DNA of 64,000 nucleotides from a virus: IMG/VR virus record IMGVR_UViG_3300017769_000001, positions 1 to 64,000 of that record; one strand, 5' to 3'. Shown piece by piece: positions 60,902 to 64,000 of this stretch (position 1 is its first letter; each line of letters starts with the position of its first letter). The notes under the pieces were generated by a model. It saw only the letters and a program-made list of their open reading frames with translations, ran no database searches and was not told where the DNA came from. The position numbers and the translations under genes were made by a program.

Positions 60902-62917
60902 TTAAAATTTCACTTTGATTGTACGGTTGAACTTACCACTCACACGACAGATGATAGCATCTTTCTTCGTAGAAGAAAAGCCCAAACCACTAAGCTGATC
61001 TTCGGAGTGTTTCGCCTTCAGGCGAGATCCTAGAACCTCAAACACTTTACGGTGTTTGTTAAGGTCAACACTCAGGAACTCATTGTAGAATCCGCGAGCG
61101 TCTTCAGGGTTCTTACAGCCTTCCAGAATGAAGAAGGTATGTCGGTTGCCGATCCCCTTCTGACCGTCCCAGTAGTTCGGAGAATTCATCACCATAGAAA
61201 CCTTTCGGAAGTCATTTGACCGAATGCCCCAGAAATCCTTCGGCTTCTGGCTCGACTGAAGGTTGCTGATCATCTTCATTTCACCGGTACGGTGGTTGAA
61301 GTCGAACTCTGCTACCTTGATACGACCTTTCAGCTCCTGATCGTAACTGAATGTAAAAGTTTCACCATTACATTCAATCTCAACGGAGAACCCGTAGTCT
61401 TTCTTCTCCCGTTGACGGAACTGATGAACCACGACGACGTATCGCCCTGTCTCCATCTTACTGCGTTCAGGCCATGTGATATTCTCTACAGGACTCGGAA
61501 CAGTGAACGAAGCGTTCGCATCGACGTCAAGATTGCCACGTGTTTTTCGGTTCAATTCATCACCGAAGTAGATTTCATTGCCACTTGGCTCAATCACATG
61601 AAGATCGAGGTCATCTTTGTTGTCCCACGACAGAGAACAACGGAGATACCCATCGACCTTACCACCGGCCTTCTTCACTCGCTCTTTGATGGAGTCTGCA
61701 ACTTCACCGTTATACGACCATGAGAAGTTGTTATCCCACTTAAACATACACGGAGACGTCTTATCCACCGGGGCGATCAGGCTCATCAGGTTGTTTTCAT
61801 GTTTGTTTTCAACCATGACCTCAACAGATTCTGCCTTTGGAAGGATCGACTCCAGAAAATGATCAATCGAAACTTCTTCGATCTTATCGAAAGACTGTTT
61901 CTTGACAGCGGTGCTTGCGAGTTCTTCAAAGATCCCGCCTCCCATCGCAGGTTTGACGGATCGATCTGCAAACAACACGTTGTTGATTGTCAGGTCTTCT
62001 GCCGTTGCAAACCGACGGTTGAGAGATTCCTCCATCCCCAGCCGTGTCACCGTTTTTTCAGCTTCCTTGATCATTCCTTTCGTGATCAGAGCAGTCGGAC
62101 GGCGATAATTCTCCGGTGCCACTTTGGTCTCGAACGCCTTTACGGCTGTTTCCAGATCAACACCATCACTCAGATCAACCAGAAGCGTTCCGATGACAGT
62201 ATTCCGGATCCGAGCAGAGCCGCCCATCTTAACGGCATTCTCCCAAAGGAAGATATCTTTCTTCACTCGTGACCGAAGCTTTCCGTACTCAGCCTGCAAC
62301 CGAGACAGGGTTTCCAGAGTCGGCTTGTGCTCTTGACCTCGATACAGAGAATTCTGGTCGATTAATTCAAGAACCAGCTCGACAGATTCTTTGCTGATCT
62401 CTTCCAGACTGCGTTTCAGTACAGACTTCGTTTCCCGGACGTTTCCAGTCACAGACCCCGGATCTGCATTCACCAGACGACTTGGCAGTTTGTGACTGAA
62501 GTGCGTGAATCGGAATTCAGTACCAGAATCTTCGTCTTTAACGATTGATAATCCGGCAGCGCCGACGATGCTGTCATGGCAGAAGTAAAGGTTCGCAATT
62601 GGCTTGCTGAGAACGTACTCGTTCATCTTCTTCGCAACTTCTTCATAGAAATCGCCAGTCTTTACATCCCAGATCGTAAGCAGTTTGCCGTTATCGACAA
62701 CAACCATGTCGCCGATGTTTCGAACGAAGTGTTTGCAGCAGTTACAATCGTGTTCGGTGCGTTCACGGAACATCGGATTGGTTCCTTCCGGAAACGCAGA
62801 AAGATAAACTTCCCAGAGTTCATCGCGAGTAACGTCAACGCGAAATGCGGTTCCTTTTTTCAGGATATGAGAAACACGTGCGTCGACTGCGTTGCTGAAT
62901 CGTTTGAATTGATCCAT
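60902..62917 (-). CDS. large hypothetical protein with YfaP/DUF2135-like domain
   Basis: HDCNCC; LSW...DDLDLHV.EP.G.EIY...G.LDVD.N...VENI.W motif. Confidence 0.75.
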   Translation of the reverse strand: MDQFKRFSNAVDARVSHILKKGTAFRVDVTRDELWEVYLSAFPEGTNPMFRERTEHDCNCCKHFVRNIGDMVVVDNGKLLTIWDVKTGDFYEEVAKKMNEYVLSKPIANLYFCHDSIVGAAGLSIVKDEDSGTEFRFTHFSHKLPSRLVNADPGSVTGNVRETKSVLKRSLEEISKESVELVLELIDQNSLYRGQEHKPTLETLSRLQAEYGKLRSRVKKDIFLWENAVKMGGSARIRNTVIGTLLVDLSDGVDLETAVKAFETKVAPENYRRPTALITKGMIKEAEKTVTRLGMEESLNRRFATAEDLTINNVLFADRSVKPAMGGGIFEELASTAVKKQSFDKIEEVSIDHFLESILPKAESVEVMVENKHENNLMSLIAPVDKTSPCMFKWDNNFSWSYNGEVADSIKERVKKAGGKVDGYLRCSLSWDNKDDLDLHVIEPSGNEIYFGDELNRKTRGNLDVDANASFTVPSPVENITWPERSKMETGRYVVVVHQFRQREKKDYGFSVEIECNGETFTFSYDQELKGRIKVAEFDFNHRTGEMKMISNLQSSQKPKDFWGIRSNDFRKVSMVMNSPNYWDGQKGIGNRHTFFILEGCKNPEDARGFYNEFLSVDLNKHRKVFEVLGSRLKAKHSEDQLSGLGFSSTKKDAIICRVSGKFNRTIKVKF

Positions 62918-62971
62918 TGTTATTCCTCTTTATTGAGTGTTCGTGAATGATAATGCAGTTTAAGGTGAAAG

Positions 62972-63232
62972 TCAAAGATCTTTGATCATTTCGTTCACAA
63001 AAGACTCTATAAGATGCTTTTTGAGTTCTTCTGCGTCGATTTCGGAAAGTTCTTTCGCCATTTTGTAAATGAGTTCCATATCGTAATCCCCCATAAACCC
63101 GAACGGATCTACCCGAGATTTCAACTCCAATACAGCCCTACACCGAACGACCCTATCAAACGAACTGGGTTCTACGTAGAATTCTACGCTGCTTTTTGAT
63201 ACATGGATTTTGATTTTATCGTTGTTACTCAT
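62972..63232 (-). CDS. hypothetical protein (Leu-tag family)
   Basis: ends NEMIKDL. Confidence 0.62.
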   Translation of the reverse strand: MSNNDKIKIHVSKSSVEFYVEPSSFDRVVRCRAVLELKSRVDPFGFMGDYDMELIYKMAKELSEIDAEELKKHLIESFVNEMIKDL

Positions 63233-63597
63233 AGCGCAATCTCCGCGTACGCAGCCAGAAACAAGTCACCCAACTCTCTTGGGGATGGTTTTGCATATAA
63301 CGGGCCTTTTCGGTTTTTCAAGTTGATAGTAATAAGGTATGTATTGAGGTTAAAAAGAGACCTCGCCTTATTACCCTTGTAACGCTTCTTTTCCGGGTAT
63401 CCCTTGTCAGAAAGGTCGTACATAGAGTTTATGATCTTTCCGATATAAACAGACAGATCACACGGAGCGTCTTTTATACTGAAGTACGGAGATATTTCTA
63501 TGTAGAATATCAAATCATTATTACTGCACTTGAACGCTGAAGATATTCGTATCTTCGGATTCTCATAGTCGTCTTTCGTCAACCTTAAAGTACCCAC
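63229..63597 (-). CDS. hypothetical protein (Leu-tag family)
   Basis: GGAG RBS; ends AYAEIAL. Confidence 0.62.
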   Translation of the reverse strand: MGTLRLTKDDYENPKIRISSAFKCSNNDLIFYIEISPYFSIKDAPCDLSVYIGKIINSMYDLSDKGYPEKKRYKGNKARSLFNLNTYLITINLKNRKGPLYAKPSPRELGDLFLAAYAEIAL

Positions 63598-63932
63598 ATT
63601 GCATACTCCGTTCTATCGGCTGTTCTCTCAAACTGAAGCTCTGCTCTTAATTCCACACGACTACACCCTTCAGTTATGTCGTATGGTTTCATCTCACAAA
63701 TTACTACATACGCGTTGACAATATAGCAATCATCGTGGACTTTGATGTAATCCAATCGTAATTTCTTTGACGTCAACGTCCGTATTAGATTTGGATCGGT
63801 TGTTGTTACTTCGCACTTTAACATCAGGTCAATCAATCCGTTTTTGTAATTTGGACTGACCGCCGAGTTTGATTCTGGCATAAATGCCCATTGTGTCTGC
63901 GGGTAACTATAATCCATACCATCCGACCTCAA
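63585..63932 (-). CDS. hypothetical protein (Leu-tag family)
   Basis: ends EYAMWVL; start uncertain. Confidence 0.55.
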   Translation of the reverse strand: MRSDGMDYSYPQTQWAFMPESNSAVSPNYKNGLIDLMLKCEVTTTDPNLIRTLTSKKLRLDYIKVHDDCYIVNAYVVICEMKPYDITEGCSRVELRAELQFERTADRTEYAMWVL

Positions 63933-64000
63933 ATCGTTGCTTAGTCTGCCTGACTAGAGTGTTCATCTTTATATCGGAATATGGCGTCTCGGATGGCGAG

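Overview
A 64-kb segment of a large lytic T4-like (but distant) myovirus, probably infecting a Gram-negative host: it has sigma70 promoters, a T4-like late promoter CTAAATA and a phage-encoded outer-membrane porin. Core modules are replication and nucleotide metabolism (primase, helicase, split family-B polymerase, frameshifted ATP-dependent ligase, clamp-like and SSB-like proteins, dCMP deaminase, ThyA, NrdAB, glutaredoxin, dNMP kinase) and neck/tail-completion genes (gp4, gp13, gp14 and gp15-like). There are 25 tRNAs covering all 20 amino acids. Five signals are not explained by routine annotation. (1) An unannotated 38-codon leader peptide using 19 of 20 amino acids sits in a terminator/antiterminator switch in front of the tRNA array, a candidate general tRNA-depletion attenuator. 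(2) About 29 unrelated small early-type proteins share a C-terminal hydrophobic-x-x-hydrophobic-x-x-Leu tag. (3) About 15 late proteins share an N-terminal MRVEE(I/L)FE-type capsid-targeting-like peptide fused to ADP-ribosyltransferase-fold, kinase-like and membrane cargo. (4) A ~890-nt promoter-driven structured non-coding region and more than 10 small tRNA-like or closed-stem RNAs lie in and around the tRNA array. (5) An ArfA-like basic ORF contains an internal terminator, so its mRNA would lack a stop codon. All calls come from motif reading and by-eye folding; no database search was run.
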